Virus record (IMG/VR): IMGVR_UViG_3300032167_000039
Strand: one strand, 5' to 3'
Source: a virus
Lineage: Duplodnaviria; Caudoviricetes
Length of the DNA: 64,000 nt
Shown: in pieces, positions 62,916 to 64,000 of the stretch
How the letters are laid out: every line of letters starts with the position of its first letter
How positions within the stretch are numbered: position 1 is the first letter of the stretch
Notes under the pieces: generated by a model
Told to the model about the DNA's origin: nothing
The model's input: the letters and a program-made list of their open reading frames with translations, nothing else
Databases searched by the model: none
Made by a program: the position numbers and the translations under genes

Positions 62916-63452
62916 ATGTCGAGTTATCCTAATCAAAAATTATATACTATACACAAGAAAATAGAGGAGGGTGATATTTTTATTATGCTTAGATGGGAAG
63001 AATACTGTGCGGCGGCAAAAGAATTATCGCCGTCAGCTTTAAATTTATATATGTATCTTGCAAAGAATAAAGATGGATATGAATTCTTTTTTAGTTCAAA
63101 AGATTATTGTCAAACATTCGGAGTTGTAGATAAGACCTATAGAAATGCAAAAACAGAATTAATAAATAAAGGATATTTAAGAGAAGAGGAAAAGAACAAA
63201 GTTCAATTCAGTTCTTCAGCGGCGTTTAAGGAGACAAAAGAATCATTACAGGAAGAGTTAAAGAGATTAACGGGAGTGCTCAAAATTCAAGACGAAAGTG
63301 TTTATATGGACTTTTTAGATAAAGTTGCAGAGGCAGGTCTAAAGAAAATCGAGAATGAAGGAATATATAAATCTGAAATTAAAAAGTTAATTTCTTTTGC
63401 AGAGGATTTGTTGAAGGAGTTTGCAAGAAAAGATATCTCAGATCTACTATAG
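62916..63452 (+). CDS. Winged-helix DNA-binding protein
   Basis: LSPSALNLYMYL..TYRNAKTELINKGYL. Confidence 0.65.
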   Translation: MSSYPNQKLYTIHKKIEEGDIFIMLRWEEYCAAAKELSPSALNLYMYLAKNKDGYEFFFSSKDYCQTFGVVDKTYRNAKTELINKGYLREEEKNKVQFSSSAAFKETKESLQEELKRLTGVLKIQDESVYMDFLDKVAEAGLKKIENEGIYKSEIKKLISFAEDLLKEFARKDISDLL

Positions 63453-63462
63453 GGGGTATATA

Positions 63463-63795
63463 ATGGAAGACTTTAAGATAGTAGAAACTAAAGAAGCATT
63501 AGAAAAAATGGGGGTATCAATTCCAGAATGGCGGCATAATTTCGTTTATAATAAAGTTGGTAGTCTCTATTCTTGTGGCGGCGGTATTCTTCACATTGAA
63601 TTCTCAGAGGGTAATGTTCGTAAGGTTAAGTCTAAGAACGTAGCAAAAACCCTCGACAACATAATCTACCAACTAATGGCGCCACTCTATGTGAAAAGAA
63701 AGAATAAGTGGATTGATGAGCTTCTTGAGGGGCGGCACCCGTATACAATAGAAGAAATTGAGAAGCTAAAGATTTGGGTTATATTAGATGTCTGA
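63463..63795 (+). CDS. Hypothetical protein
   Basis: ORF. Confidence 0.5.
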   Translation: MEDFKIVETKEALEKMGVSIPEWRHNFVYNKVGSLYSCGGGILHIEFSEGNVRKVKSKNVAKTLDNIIYQLMAPLYVKRKNKWIDELLEGRHPYTIEEIEKLKIWVILDV

Positions 63796-63878
63796 AAAAT
63801 TTATAGATTTTTCTTAGAAATATACATATTATATGTAATAAGAAATTAAATATAATAATTATAATAATATTTTAATAA

Positions 63879-63985
63879 GAGGGGTAGGCACTGGAACGAA
63901 AGTTCTGGTGCTATTTTTGTAGGGGGTAGGTTAGTTTTGAGTAGAGGGGTAGGTAGTAGTAAGTAGTAAGTAGAGGGGTAGGAAA
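63879..63985 (+). repeat. Four GGGGTAGG repeats with GTA/GTAG microrepeats
   Basis: Direct inspection. Confidence 0.75.
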
Positions 63986-64000
63986 GTTTAGGAGTAGTAG

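Noticed and set aside
1-64000. Alternative genetic code (TAG or TGA reassigned)
   Set aside because: Long genes are open in code 11, TAG and TGA end normal genes, and no suppressor tRNA was seen; the internal stops at 1681-1918 and 43476 are local

Overview
64 kb of an AT-rich, large tailed-phage genome. A Firmicutes host (probably Clostridia/Ruminococcaceae-like) is inferred from sigmaA promoters, strong SD sequences, ChW-like repeats and a dockerin-like motif. Essentially all real genes are on the + strand. Layout: tail-fibre/structural genes and lysis module (1-13.8 kb); intein-containing UvrD helicase, ThyX, MTase, NAD-salvage genes and homing-type endonucleases (14-28 kb); an ~10 kb RNA island (28.6-38.3 kb) with 26 tRNAs, two HDV-like ribozymes and many ncRNAs; then a TROVE/vWA (Ro60-like) gene, RNA-repair genes (phosphoesterase, PNK-HD, two RNA ligases) and many small promoter-driven genes. 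Main candidate new system: ten RNA cassettes sharing a closing stem (AAGAC-N-CAGCAA...GTCTTG) lie upstream of and just after the Ro60-like gene. They carry circularly permuted tRNA bodies or isolated anticodon hairpins, including all four GUN (queuosine-family) anticodons. Other highlights: a tRNA-Leu(UAA) whose anticodon loop contains a CCA-ended mini-tRNA, a PNK gene with CCT-TAG-CCT in its Walker A motif (possible stop-codon hopping), and a ~670-nt structured non-coding region. All calls are by eye; no searches were run.
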